Shown here piece after piece: positions 7,744-17,122 of a DNA stretch of 33,106 nt. The stretch's first letter is position 1, and each line of letters opens with the position of its first letter. This DNA comes from an uncultured Candidatus Saccharibacteria bacterium (GTDB lineage Bacteria > Patescibacteriota > Minisyncoccia > Phycocordibacterales > CAIRYW01), in assembly GCA_964500855.1 (NCBI GenBank), contig CAZCQK010000002.1, forward strand, positions 6,728 to 39,833. The letters run 5' to 3'. A program made the translations under genes and the position numbers. The notes beneath the pieces are model-generated. The model did not search any database. It had not been told where the DNA came from and was given only the letters and a program-made list of their open reading frames with translations.

Positions 7744-7855
7744 AGGGCATCGAGCCGTCTATATATTATAAGTTATGCACTGTTGACTTGATTGAAACTT
7801 TGAGATGTGTGATACAATAATTGACGTAGCATACTATTTATTTCCAAAGTTCATC

Positions 7856-10084
7856 ATGAAGTTAAAATATCTATTTAGCACATTCTTATTGGTTACCTCT
7901 GTTTGTTTTGGTCTATCTATTAATACTGTTTATGGGGCTGAATCAACAGACTCAATCAAGCCAGTTTTAAGTATTTCTGTATCTAATGTTAGGGTTTCTT
8001 CTAGTCAATATTCTAAGGGAGATACGATTGGTGGTAGCTTTGTGGTAACAAACAGAGACAATCACGATATAGATGGTCTCTCATTTAGGGTACAGATAGG
8101 AGCAAATTATAGCGAACCAGCAGCTGGTTATAAGTTTGCGGGGACTTTTTTGGATGTTTCAGCTAGACAGGGAGCTTTCTACCTAGCAAAAGGCCAGTCA
8201 AAAACCCTTAATTTTGAATATAAAATACCAGATTTCTTGAGTGGCAAGAACCTTGGGGTTGAGATTGCGGTACTTGCTTCAGATGGGAGGTTGATTGCTT
8301 GGGGAGACAGTGATTATTTCACAATTTCAGGTAATTCTAAGATTGTTTCTATCACTGATGCCTCACTTTTGCTTTCTAATGGTAAGAAATTCGGTTTAGG
8401 AGACGGTCCTACTATATATAGTGACAAGGATCCAAAGAGTATTGCTCTAAACCTCTCACTCAAGAACACTTCAGGTAAAGATGTTGTTATTACTCCGGTC
8501 TTGAGTAGTTATAGGCAAAATGACGCAAAATACGCAGTATCGAAAGAACTCACTAAAATTACCCTTGCTAAAGGCAAAACCTCTTCATTTAAGATTGATT
8601 TACCTGATCAGTCGTATGTTCCTGGCATATATTTCGCTGAGCTTGTACTCAAAGATGAGTCTGGTTCACAACTAGAATCTCGTATAGGTGCTAGGTATAT
8701 AGTAGGAGGTAATATTGCTGTTGTGCACAGTGCCAATGTAAGCAACGGTGTTCTAAATGTTAATGATAAGTTTAGTTTGGCTGTTGATTTGACTGGAAGG
8801 GCGCCAGATATAGGTGCTCTATTGGCGGGCAGTAAGCCTGAGGATTCTCCTAAGGGTAAAGTAAGTATTCAGATTTATAACGAAAGAAATGAGTTGGTTG
8901 CTGGGAGTGAAGAGGATTTCAATATTTTGGGTGATACGTTCATTCAGAAAGATTATTTCGCAAAGGTGGCTTCGAAGGCTCTCAGGTTACACATGGTTGT
9001 GACCGATGACTTTGGTAAGCAGATATTGGATTATTCAAAGGAATTGAGTCTAGATTATAAGACCAAAGCGGCAATGCCTTATGATGAGAGTGTTCAGTCG
9101 GTACCATACTATATTATAGTATCAGGGCTTATAGTGCTTGCTATTATCATGATACTTATACTGATACTCATGGTAAAAAGCAGGATTAGTCGAAAGCAAG
9201 GCATGATGGCTATTGTTGGAGTACTCTTAGCATCATCAATACCGCTTTCAACTCTTGCTGGATGTGAATCAGCTGGTGTGAGCTTCACTAGTATCTCTAC
9301 CCCATTTGATTATGAAAGATTTGGTCCTGGAGTGCTTCTATATACAAGTGGAGCGGTATCATATAACGCATGTGAAAACACACCTGCGGAAATAGATTCT
9401 CTTACTGTTACATTCCAAAATCAGACAGTAAATGCTAAACCTGTGGGAGGAAGCTGGTCTGTGGGTAGAACTGGAGGACATGGATGGTACCCTGTGGGAG
9501 CTATGTTTATGGCGGGACCACTACGTGTACCAACTGCTCCTGGTACTTATGTTATCAATTATTCTGTTAAGTACACTGCTGGAGCATGTAGTGGAACCGG
9601 TAATGCTGTGCGACATATCGTGGTGGAGCCGAGTGATAGTACAGGAGGATGTGGTGCAGGACAGTTTTATTGTGACGCCACTGGTTCGTGCATGACTAAC
9701 TCTGATCAAAGTAAGTGTAATGATACAGCTAAGTACACTCCATTTAAGATAAATTCAAATATCCCAGCTCTAAATGGGCCGGTGAAGCTAAGAGGAAGAC
9801 TGACAGCAAGACCTCCAATCGTTGATAAGGGCGATAGTTGTGTGATTGAGTGGGGGAATGACTTTAATTCTTATGATCAGTACACACTCTGTAAGTTTAC
9901 AGCACCAAACATATCACTAGAATTCAAACCTGGCGATGATGCGTCACCGACATCCACAGTAATAAATAACGTAAACAACGATATACCTTATCAAATGGTT
10001 TGTGGAGAGATTGATGGTCTGACTCCGTCTACCACAGATAATGGAGTGTGTAGATTAAACTGGAAATCAAAAGAAATTAATTAA
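7856..10084 (+). CDS. Large surface protein: signal peptide, three CARDB/Ig-like repeats, TM hairpin, cysteine-containing ectodomain, shared C-terminal domain
   Basis: Start at MKLKYLFSTFLLVTSVCFGLSINTVYGAES (signal peptide); the track ATG at 7805 is less likely. About three beta-sandwich-like segments of roughly 110 aa. TM helix YYIIVSGLIVLAIIMILILILMV, then KSRISRKQG, then a second hydrophobic segment ending in LAGC. The C-terminus is homologous to that of the 11225..13150 product. Confidence 0.8.
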   Translation: MKLKYLFSTFLLVTSVCFGLSINTVYGAESTDSIKPVLSISVSNVRVSSSQYSKGDTIGGSFVVTNRDNHDIDGLSFRVQIGANYSEPAAGYKFAGTFLDVSARQGAFYLAKGQSKTLNFEYKIPDFLSGKNLGVEIAVLASDGRLIAWGDSDYFTISGNSKIVSITDASLLLSNGKKFGLGDGPTIYSDKDPKSIALNLSLKNTSGKDVVITPVLSSYRQNDAKYAVSKELTKITLAKGKTSSFKIDLPDQSYVPGIYFAELVLKDESGSQLESRIGARYIVGGNIAVVHSANVSNGVLNVNDKFSLAVDLTGRAPDIGALLAGSKPEDSPKGKVSIQIYNERNELVAGSEEDFNILGDTFIQKDYFAKVASKALRLHMVVTDDFGKQILDYSKELSLDYKTKAAMPYDESVQSVPYYIIVSGLIVLAIIMILILILMVKSRISRKQGMMAIVGVLLASSIPLSTLAGCESAGVSFTSISTPFDYERFGPGVLLYTSGAVSYNACENTPAEIDSLTVTFQNQTVNAKPVGGSWSVGRTGGHGWYPVGAMFMAGPLRVPTAPGTYVINYSVKYTAGACSGTGNAVRHIVVEPSDSTGGCGAGQFYCDATGSCMTNSDQSKCNDTAKYTPFKINSNIPALNGPVKLRGRLTARPPIVDKGDSCVIEWGNDFNSYDQYTLCKFTAPNISLEFKPGDDASPTSTVINNVNNDIPYQMVCGEIDGLTPSTTDNGVCRLNWKSKEIN

Positions 10085-10085
10085 T

Positions 10086-11225
10086 ATGAAGTTAAGGTTA
10101 CCAAGAGTAAAGAATTTTTCGGAGGAGCGTTCGACTGAATTTGTATCCGCTTTAGCATTCTTTGCTTCTATTGGCGTTGCTTTATTACTTTCTTACGTTA
10201 AGACTCCTGATTACGTCAAATTATCTTTAGATTTAACATCTGGTAATTTTGCTGATGTTATCACCATGGCTGAGCAAGTTGTGTCTCGCAGACCTAATGA
10301 TCTGGACGCCGTACATTTATTGGTTGGAGCTTATCTTAGCGAATCCACTATCACAGGCAATCCAGTATGGAAAAATAAAGCAATAGCACTGATAAATAAA
10401 ACCCTCAGTAATTATCCAGATGATCCAGAAACATTGAGACAACAGGGGAGATATTACTTAATGTCTAATGCAACAAAACTTGCATTGAATTCTTACCAAA
10501 AGGCTTTGAGTCTAGATAACAACGACTCTAGGTCTTGGAGTGAGTTAGCGAATCTCTATCAAAATATTGGTGAATTTAGCCTCTCAAGATCTTTGGTTGT
10601 TAATGCTCTACGAATAAATCCAGCTGATAGTGTCGCTAGGGTAGCAGAGATTAGACAGAATTTCTTCGATAAAAAGACCGATCTGGCGGTTACTCAATCA
10701 TTAAATCTAGTTGGCACGAGTCATGATATCCTGGCGAAGGCTAGTGTTTATGAAATGCTTGGGTTAGATGCTTTAATGAATAACAACTTTGATGAGGCTG
10801 ATAAGTACTTCTCCCAATCAATAGGTATTAATCCTCAAATGCTTTTGTCACTTACGGGCAAGGCTTCAGCACTCGTTGGTAAGTATTTCAATGTTTCTCC
10901 AAGCAGAAGAGCTTCTGTATTGGCAGAAGCAAGTGATTTGGCTAACAAGGCAATTGCAATCAAACCTGATTATTCATTGGCATACTTGGTATTACAAAAG
11001 GTTGCTATTCTAAATAATGACAGCCATCAGGCAGAGATTTTAAAGGCTCAAATAATGAAGTCGTTAAAGACCGATACCTTAACGCCGATTACAATCAAAG
11101 AAAAGATAAACAACTCTTTAACTATTAAGCCCGTCACTAATTTTAAAGTTATTTCTATCAAGCAGATAACACCAGATTCCATTTCTGCTACCAGCACCAG
11201 AGTTATAATCCTAAAAAATAAGTAA
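10086..11225 (+). CDS. Membrane-anchored TPR-repeat protein
   Basis: N-terminal TM helix FVSALAFFASIGVALLLSYV, followed by multiple TPR-like 34-aa units (for example YQKALSLDNNDSRSWSELANLYQNIGEFSLSRSLVVNALRINP). The start lies 1 nt after the upstream stop. Confidence 0.8.
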   Translation: MKLRLPRVKNFSEERSTEFVSALAFFASIGVALLLSYVKTPDYVKLSLDLTSGNFADVITMAEQVVSRRPNDLDAVHLLVGAYLSESTITGNPVWKNKAIALINKTLSNYPDDPETLRQQGRYYLMSNATKLALNSYQKALSLDNNDSRSWSELANLYQNIGEFSLSRSLVVNALRINPADSVARVAEIRQNFFDKKTDLAVTQSLNLVGTSHDILAKASVYEMLGLDALMNNNFDEADKYFSQSIGINPQMLLSLTGKASALVGKYFNVSPSRRASVLAEASDLANKAIAIKPDYSLAYLVLQKVAILNNDSHQAEILKAQIMKSLKTDTLTPITIKEKINNSLTIKPVTNFKVISIKQITPDSISATSTRVIILKNK

Positions 11226-13150
11226 TGAACAAAAAATACATATTTTATATTCTCAGTTTTTTTGTTCTAATCACTTCTTTAGTTTTTGTTTCGAACGTTT
11301 TTGCTTGCAATGATCCTTATGCTTGCAATTATGATTACGATGATTATACGTCATGTAATTATGTGAGCTGTAATGACGGTAGCTGTGTTGGTAGTAGTCT
11401 TGAGTGTGCCCAATCTACATGTGAAGATCAGAGCATGATTACCTGTCCTGATGATGGTAGTTGTGCATTTAGCTATGCAAGCTGTCCATGTAGCTTTGGA
11501 GAGTCTAGGTGCGATGATTTAAATTGCTCAAGCAATTGCTCCGAGTCTAATTGTTCGTATTCTGGTAGGTATTACTGTCCTGACGGTACATGTGCTGATA
11601 GCGCAAATGATTGTGCGTGTACTCCTGACAGCACCAATGCCGACTGTATTGTTTATTATTGCGGCAGTCCTGGGGCATTAAATACCGATACTCTCGCCGG
11701 TTGCCAAGAAAAGAATCCAAACAAGAACTGTATACCATCAGATGGTTCTTGTGAGTATTGTACTCCTGACAGCACCAATGCCGACTGTATTGTTTATTAT
11801 TGCGGAGTATCGACTGCACTAAACTTTCAAACAAAAGCAGCATGTCAGGCGGCAAATAACAATATGAACTGTATCCAAGCTGACAATCATTGCCAATACT
11901 GTGATATAACAAGCAATGATCCTAGATGTATCGTCTATTTTTGTAACGATGAGACAGCTTTGAATAGTCAGAGTACTCTGGACTGTCAAGCAAATAATCC
12001 AAACAAGAACTGTCAGATTGATAATTCACTCTGCATGTATGACGGTGGACATACCGAGAAGTATTGTCCAACAGACCCAAACGAGCCAGCAAATTGTGAG
12101 AGTGATCCTAATAATCTTTGTGAGCCAGATAACTCAGTATGTCCTCTAACATTCTGTGGCTACGATGTTGTGGTTCAATATCAGAAATTAGATGTGATTT
12201 ATAATGTGGAGATTATCGCTGCTTATTTCTATGATGCAAACATAGAAAGCTGTGTGCCACCTAACAGTAATTATATCCAGCAAATTATTGCAGATACTTT
12301 AGATCCATTACCAACACCACCACCGAGCGCAACTACTGCTACTGGTGTGCCGATTACTCCGATAGTTGATCAGTGTCCAAACATATCCGGTAACCAAGAT
12401 TACGCTGAGTTTATTGATACTTACACACGAGATTCTAATGGTGATTGTATTATACCTGTCTGCCCTGATGGTGAGGAGTGGGATAAGAGTTCTAGAGGAT
12501 GTGTCGAGAGTAATCAGTTACATGTTGGAGCATGTAATGGTGCTCTTACGACTATATCTCCTAATGATGTTACTGTAGGAATGCCATTATCTAATAATAT
12601 TGGTTGTACTCGTGGTACAGGAGGACCTGTATCATTAACTTCAAATATAAACGGAGATCCGCTTTATGTGTGGCAGTGTGTTGATACAGGAGGATCGGTA
12701 AGTTGTAATGCTCCCGTAGGGCAGTGCCCTGCTAACACTACTTATTGCTATGGCACATGTGTTAGTGGTACATGTGAACCACCAGTGGATGATGGACCAA
12801 ACCAAGACCTCGGAGGACACGCGGGTCCAGTAGAACTCAATCCAAATCTCAAGGTTACACCAATCATTAATCCTGGAGGTACCTGCGTGGTTAGTTGGGG
12901 TAAGGATGCTTTCGGGGTTAATCAAGGTGTGTTCCTCAAATCAACAACCACAACCGTATGTACCTTCTCAGATCAGAAACAAACATTCTTCTCGTTTAAC
13001 GTTACTGATCCAACTGCTCCAACATCAAAGACCCAAACAAACGTGTTGAAGGATGAGAATTATATTCTCAAATGTTCTGAGCCTACGGGGGAAGTGGCTA
13101 CCTCGACAGGTTCGTGTAGGTTGAATGTCAAACCATCAGAGTTTAATTAG
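11225..13150 (+). CDS. Secreted cysteine-rich repeat protein with the shared C-terminal domain
   Basis: Signal/anchor YIFYILSFFVLITSLVFVSNVFA. Dense CxDGSC-type motifs. Three tandem 47-aa Cys repeats. A PTPPPS linker. The C-terminal 108 aa align with the tail of the 7856..10084 product. TAATG stop/start overlap with the TPR gene. Confidence 0.8.
   Translation: MNKKYIFYILSFFVLITSLVFVSNVFACNDPYACNYDYDDYTSCNYVSCNDGSCVGSSLECAQSTCEDQSMITCPDDGSCAFSYASCPCSFGESRCDDLNCSSNCSESNCSYSGRYYCPDGTCADSANDCACTPDSTNADCIVYYCGSPGALNTDTLAGCQEKNPNKNCIPSDGSCEYCTPDSTNADCIVYYCGVSTALNFQTKAACQAANNNMNCIQADNHCQYCDITSNDPRCIVYFCNDETALNSQSTLDCQANNPNKNCQIDNSLCMYDGGHTEKYCPTDPNEPANCESDPNNLCEPDNSVCPLTFCGYDVVVQYQKLDVIYNVEIIAAYFYDANIESCVPPNSNYIQQIIADTLDPLPTPPPSATTATGVPITPIVDQCPNISGNQDYAEFIDTYTRDSNGDCIIPVCPDGEEWDKSSRGCVESNQLHVGACNGALTTISPNDVTVGMPLSNNIGCTRGTGGPVSLTSNINGDPLYVWQCVDTGGSVSCNAPVGQCPANTTYCYGTCVSGTCEPPVDDGPNQDLGGHAGPVELNPNLKVTPIINPGGTCVVSWGKDAFGVNQGVFLKSTTTTVCTFSDQKQTFFSFNVTDPTAPTSKTQTNVLKDENYILKCSEPTGEVATSTGSCRLNVKPSEFN
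11618..12040 (+). repeat. 3 x 141-bp in-frame tandem repeat inside the cysteine-rich gene
   Basis: Repeat units start at 11618, 11759 and 11900. Units 1 and 2 share an identical 47-nt run (11618-11664 = 11759-11805). Unit 3 has diverged but keeps the Cys spacing. Confidence 0.85.
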
Positions 13151-13196
13151 AAATAGTAAAACTATCACCAGTTGGTGATAGTTTTACTATTTTATA
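13151..13196 (+). terminator. Long hairpin (terminator or attenuator) between the surface module and pilB
   Basis: Perfect 19-bp stem aaatagtaaaactatcacc (13151-13169) / ggtgatagttttactattt (13174-13192), 4-nt loop, T-rich 3' side. Confidence 0.6.
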
Positions 13197-13207
13197 TGTC
13201 TTGTTTT

Positions 13208-13223
13208 TGTTATAATAATCGCA
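13208..13223 (+). promoter_or_regulatory. Extended -10 promoter TGtTATAAT, 7 nt upstream of the pilB ATG
   Basis: tgt tataat at 13208-13216, then 7 nt to the ATG at 13224. No SD box. Confidence 0.5.
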
Positions 13224-14975
13224 ATGATCCTTAATGAAAAGCATTTAGCAGAATTTTTGGTGGACTCAGGTCTCGTTAGTAGAGCTGATGTTGACGTTGC
13301 TCGTAGTGACGCAGAAAAGAAAGGTATTGGTCTTGCTGAAATGCTTGTTTCGATGGGTAAGGTTGCAGAAGATGATATGAGGAGGGCTAATGCTTATGTT
13401 TTGGGTATGCCGTTTGTTGATTTGGCTTCTACTAAATTGGATTTTGATATCCTATCATTGATACCAGAACCTATTGCTCGCAAGCATAATATCATTGCTT
13501 ATAAGAAGAATGGTATGAATCTTGAGGTTGCTATGCTTGATATCACAGATCTAGAAGCAATAGACTTCGTAAAGAAAAAGACCGGATTTAAGATAATGCC
13601 AAGACTCACATCTGCTGAGTCTATGAAGAGTTCACTCTTGCAATACCAAAAGAGTCTCAAGGCCGATTTCGGTGATTTGATTCAAAAGGAATCAGCCAAG
13701 ATCACTGCTCTTTCTGAAGGTAAAGATGAAGATCAGAACGAGGATGATTTGAAGAAGATGGCAGAAGATTTGCCTGTGGTGCGTATCGTGGATACACTTT
13801 TGAAACACGCAATACTTCAAGATGCTTCTGATATTCATATTGAGCCTTATGAGAATGAGGTGATTGTTAGGTATAGAATAGACGGTCTTCTTCATGATGC
13901 GATGGTGTTGCCGAAAAATGCTGGAGCAGGAATAACCGCGAGAATAAAGGTGCTTTCCAATCTCAAGCTAGATGAGAAACGTTTACCGCAAGACGGTAGG
14001 TTTAAGATTGATATGGATGGTCAGAGGGTGGCATTTCGTGTATCAATACTCCCTACATACTTTGGTGAGAAGACTGTTATGCGATTACTTCGCGATAATG
14101 TTTCTGGGTTTTCACTTGAGTCGCTTGGATTTCATGGTGTGTCACTTGAGAGGCTTCATGAAGCAACGAGGCTTACAACCGGCATGATACTAACAACTGG
14201 TCCAACAGGTAGCGGTAAGACCACTACTCTCTATACACTTTTAGATATTCTAAATACGCCAGATGTGAATATCTCAACAGTAGAAGATCCGATTGAGTAT
14301 CAAATGAAGAGGGTAAATCAATCTCAAGTAAAGCCTGAAATCGGATTCACATTCGCTAATGGTCTACGCTCACTTGTGAGGCAGGACCCGGACGTAATCA
14401 TGGTGGGGGAGATTCGTGATAATGAGACAGCAAGTCTTGCTATTAATGCTGCACTCACTGGTCACTTGGTACTATCTACTCTTCACACCAATAGCGCGGC
14501 AGGTGCTATACCAAGACTTCTTGATATGCATGCCGAGACCTTCCTCCTGGTATCAACACTTAATGTGGTTATTGGTCAGAGATTGGTTAGAAGGCTCGAG
14601 AAGCCGAAGGATAAATACTTTTTATCTAAGGCTGAATTGGCTGAATTGGCAAAGAAAGTCGATGTTTCGAAGGTTCTTTCTACTTTGATTGAGGAAAACA
14701 TTGTGCCCAAAGATTCTGACTGGAGTAAGGTGCCGTTTTGGAAACCAAACCCAACAGCAGAATATGCTGACGGTTTCCACTCTCGAATTGGTATTCATGA
14801 AGTACTCAAAGTTACACCAACAATAAGAGAGATAATCATGAGGGGAGGGACATCTGATGATATAGAAGCGGAGGCGAAGAAAGAGGGGATGCTTACTATG
14901 ATTGAGGATGGAATAGTAAAGGCAGTGAAAGGGCTTACGACTATTGAGGAGGTTTTGCGAGTAATATCAGAGTAG
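13224..14975 (+). CDS. pilB: Type IV pilus assembly ATPase (GspE/PilB family)
   Basis: N-terminal GspE_N-like domain, Walker [22 protein letters not shown] Asp box and [12 protein letters not shown] His box. Confidence 0.9.
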   Translation: MILNEKHLAEFLVDSGLVSRADVDVARSDAEKKGIGLAEMLVSMGKVAEDDMRRANAYVLGMPFVDLASTKLDFDILSLIPEPIARKHNIIAYKKNGMNLEVAMLDITDLEAIDFVKKKTGFKIMPRLTSAESMKSSLLQYQKSLKADFGDLIQKESAKITALSEGKDEDQNEDDLKKMAEDLPVVRIVDTLLKHAILQDASDIHIEPYENEVIVRYRIDGLLHDAMVLPKNAGAGITARIKVLSNLKLDEKRLPQDGRFKIDMDGQRVAFRVSILPTYFGEKTVMRLLRDNVSGFSLESLGFHGVSLERLHEATRLTTGMILTTGPTGSGKTTTLYTLLDILNTPDVNISTVEDPIEYQMKRVNQSQVKPEIGFTFANGLRSLVRQDPDVIMVGEIRDNETASLAINAALTGHLVLSTLHTNSAAGAIPRLLDMHAETFLLVSTLNVVIGQRLVRRLEKPKDKYFLSKAELAELAKKVDVSKVLSTLIEENIVPKDSDWSKVPFWKPNPTAEYADGFHSRIGIHEVLKVTPTIREIIMRGGTSDDIEAEAKKEGMLTMIEDGIVKAVKGLTTIEEVLRVISE

Positions 14976-14976
14976 C

Positions 14977-16179
14977 ATGAAATACAAGGTAAATTATAAA
15001 ACACCAGACGGCACTTTCGGGGATAGAAGTTTTGATGCTTCAGATAAGTATGCGCTTTTCAAGATTTTGAAGAAGGAAAACCTTGAACCTGTTAGTATTG
15101 TTGAACAAAAGAGTTTAGAAATAAACATCCCGTTTCTTCATAGTAAGGTTAAAACTTCAGAGAAAATATTTTTTGCTCGCAATCTTAGTGCCATGCTTAA
15201 TGCTGGGCTCGCACTTTCGAGAGCGCTTATGGTAATGGAGAAGCAGGCTAAAAATAAGAAGCTAAAAGAAGTTCTTGTTAAACTGAATGCATTCGTTACT
15301 GAAGGTAAGCCATTTCATGAAGGTATGGAGGCGTTTCCTGACACTTTCAATCAATTGTTTATCGCGATGGTTAAAGCGGGCGAGGAGAGTGGTTCTTTGA
15401 CAGAGTCTCTTTCAATTGTTGGTAATCAGTTGGATAAAAACTATGCCTTGGTAAAGCGCGTCAGAGGAGCGCTCATATATCCTGCAATCATTATTACTTT
15501 GATGATTGGTATTGGAATACTGATGCTTACTTATGTTGTGCCTTCGCTTACTCAGACTTTTGCTGACTTACATGCTGACTTACCAACATCTACCAAGATT
15601 ATTATTGCCACAAGCGATTTTCTTCAGAATCATTTTATTATCGCACTTGGACTTATTGTGGGGTTGGTTATTCTTGTTGCAACGTTTCTTAAGACCAAAA
15701 GAGGTCAGGTATTTCTTGATTGGATTGTAATCCACATGCCTTTAATATCTCCAATCGCGATTGAGACCAATACAGCCCGTACCGCAAGAACATTTTCTTC
15801 TCTACTGTCTGCTGGTGTGCCCGTGGTTAGATCTGCTGAAATTACTAAAGACGTTATTCAGAATTCATATTATAAGTTTATACTTGGTGAGACAGAGGCT
15901 GTGATAGAAAAGGGTCAGCCAATCTCTGAAGTGGTTGGTAGGTATCCTAAGTTGTATCCAGCATTCTTCGTTGAGATGATCTCGGTAGGTGAGGAGACAG
16001 GTAATCTAGCTTCTATGCTAAAACAGGTTGCGGATTATTATGAGAATGAAGTAGAACAAAGAACCAAGAACCTCTCTACTGTAATCGAACCGCTACTTAT
16101 GGTATTTATTGGTCTTGCTGTTGGATTCTTTGCTATATCTATGATTACTCCTATGTATACAGTTTTAAATAATATCTAA
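14977..16179 (+). CDS. pilC: Type IV pilus platform protein (GspF/PilC family)
   Basis: Two GspF repeats ([19 protein letters not shown].. and [17 protein letters not shown]..) and three TM segments. 400 aa. Confidence 0.9.
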   Translation: MKYKVNYKTPDGTFGDRSFDASDKYALFKILKKENLEPVSIVEQKSLEINIPFLHSKVKTSEKIFFARNLSAMLNAGLALSRALMVMEKQAKNKKLKEVLVKLNAFVTEGKPFHEGMEAFPDTFNQLFIAMVKAGEESGSLTESLSIVGNQLDKNYALVKRVRGALIYPAIIITLMIGIGILMLTYVVPSLTQTFADLHADLPTSTKIIIATSDFLQNHFIIALGLIVGLVILVATFLKTKRGQVFLDWIVIHMPLISPIAIETNTARTARTFSSLLSAGVPVVRSAEITKDVIQNSYYKFILGETEAVIEKGQPISEVVGRYPKLYPAFFVEMISVGEETGNLASMLKQVADYYENEVEQRTKNLSTVIEPLLMVFIGLAVGFFAISMITPMYTVLNNI

Positions 16180-16622
16180 TGAATAATAGAGGATTTTCAG
16201 CTCTAGAGATTATTATTACGATTTCAATCTCATTCATACTAACTGCTATATCAGTCTCTATGTTTTCTCGTCTAAGTAATAATACTTCACTCGATAAGGA
16301 TGCCAATATTGTGCTTTCTTATATAAGTAGAGCGAGAAGCGCGGCTATTGATTCTAAGGATGCATTGGCTCACGGAGTGAAGTTTGCTAGTACTACTGTT
16401 TATATATATTCTGGCACAACATACCCTGGCACCCATAGTGAAAGCTATAATCTGCTTTCTGGGGCTAACATTTCTTCGTTAAGTTTATCTAACAGATCAA
16501 CTTCTTTTTATTTCAATAAATTAACAGGTACCCCATCTGCTACTGGGACTGTCACAGTTAGTCGAAATGGTTCATCAAAAAGCATTATTATTTACGCCAC
16601 AGGTGTTTCTGAGATACAATAG
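16179..16622 (+). CDS. Type IV pilin/pseudopilin (class III signal peptide)
   Basis: MNNRG|FSALEIIITISISFILTAISV: G-1, F+1, E+5 and a hydrophobic helix. TAATG overlap with pilC. Confidence 0.8.
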   Translation: MNNRGFSALEIIITISISFILTAISVSMFSRLSNNTSLDKDANIVLSYISRARSAAIDSKDALAHGVKFASTTVYIYSGTTYPGTHSESYNLLSGANISSLSLSNRSTSFYFNKLTGTPSATGTVTVSRNGSSKSIIIYATGVSEIQ

Positions 16623-16633
16623 TATTAACAGAA

Positions 16634-17122
16634 GTGTCTTATATAAAATCTAAAAAATCTGGTGCAAGTTTGGTTGAGGTGGTTATCGCATCTTCGATAA
16701 TCAGCTTAACTCTTGTTACCCTGGTTACAATCTACAGTCTTGTTGCTAGATATTCGCTTAATAATGTTCGTAATCTAAAAGCTACCGCACTCGTTGAAGA
16801 AGAAGCAGAGGTATTGGGCTTTCTTAGGGATTCTGGTTGGACCAGAAACATTACTAGTCTAAGTAATAACACAACTTACCGACTCTATTGGAACGGTACC
16901 TCGTGGGTCGCATCTACCACTGCTCCATTACTTGAGAATCGATACGATGTTACTTTCATACTGTATCCTGTTTATAGGAATGCTAGTTTTAATGTTGTAA
17001 CTTCAGGAGGAACACTGGACACCGGAAGCAGGAAGGCCGTTTTGACTGTTTCTTGGAGAGAGAGTCATGCAACGACAACCAAAACAGCCGAAGTGTATTT
17101 ATTTAATATTGCTAACAACTAA
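16634..17122 (+). CDS. Minor pilin-like protein
   Basis: KKSG|ASLVEVVIASSIISLTLVTLV has a prepilin-like cleavage motif with E+5. GTG start as given in the ORF track. Confidence 0.65.
   Translation: MSYIKSKKSGASLVEVVIASSIISLTLVTLVTIYSLVARYSLNNVRNLKATALVEEEAEVLGFLRDSGWTRNITSLSNNTTYRLYWNGTSWVASTTAPLLENRYDVTFILYPVYRNASFNVVTSGGTLDTGSRKAVLTVSWRESHATTTKTAEVYLFNIANN

Noticed and set aside
7805-7855. N-terminal extensions offered by the ORF track: 7805 for the surface protein, 7701 for nusA, 31991 for rpsL, 27224 for the MBL gene, 1714 for def, 24296 for rnhA and 30919 for the small ORF.
   Set aside because: The extensions precede conserved family N-termini or signal peptides, overlap promoter elements, or abut a divergent start codon. 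The internal ATGs give products of canonical length.
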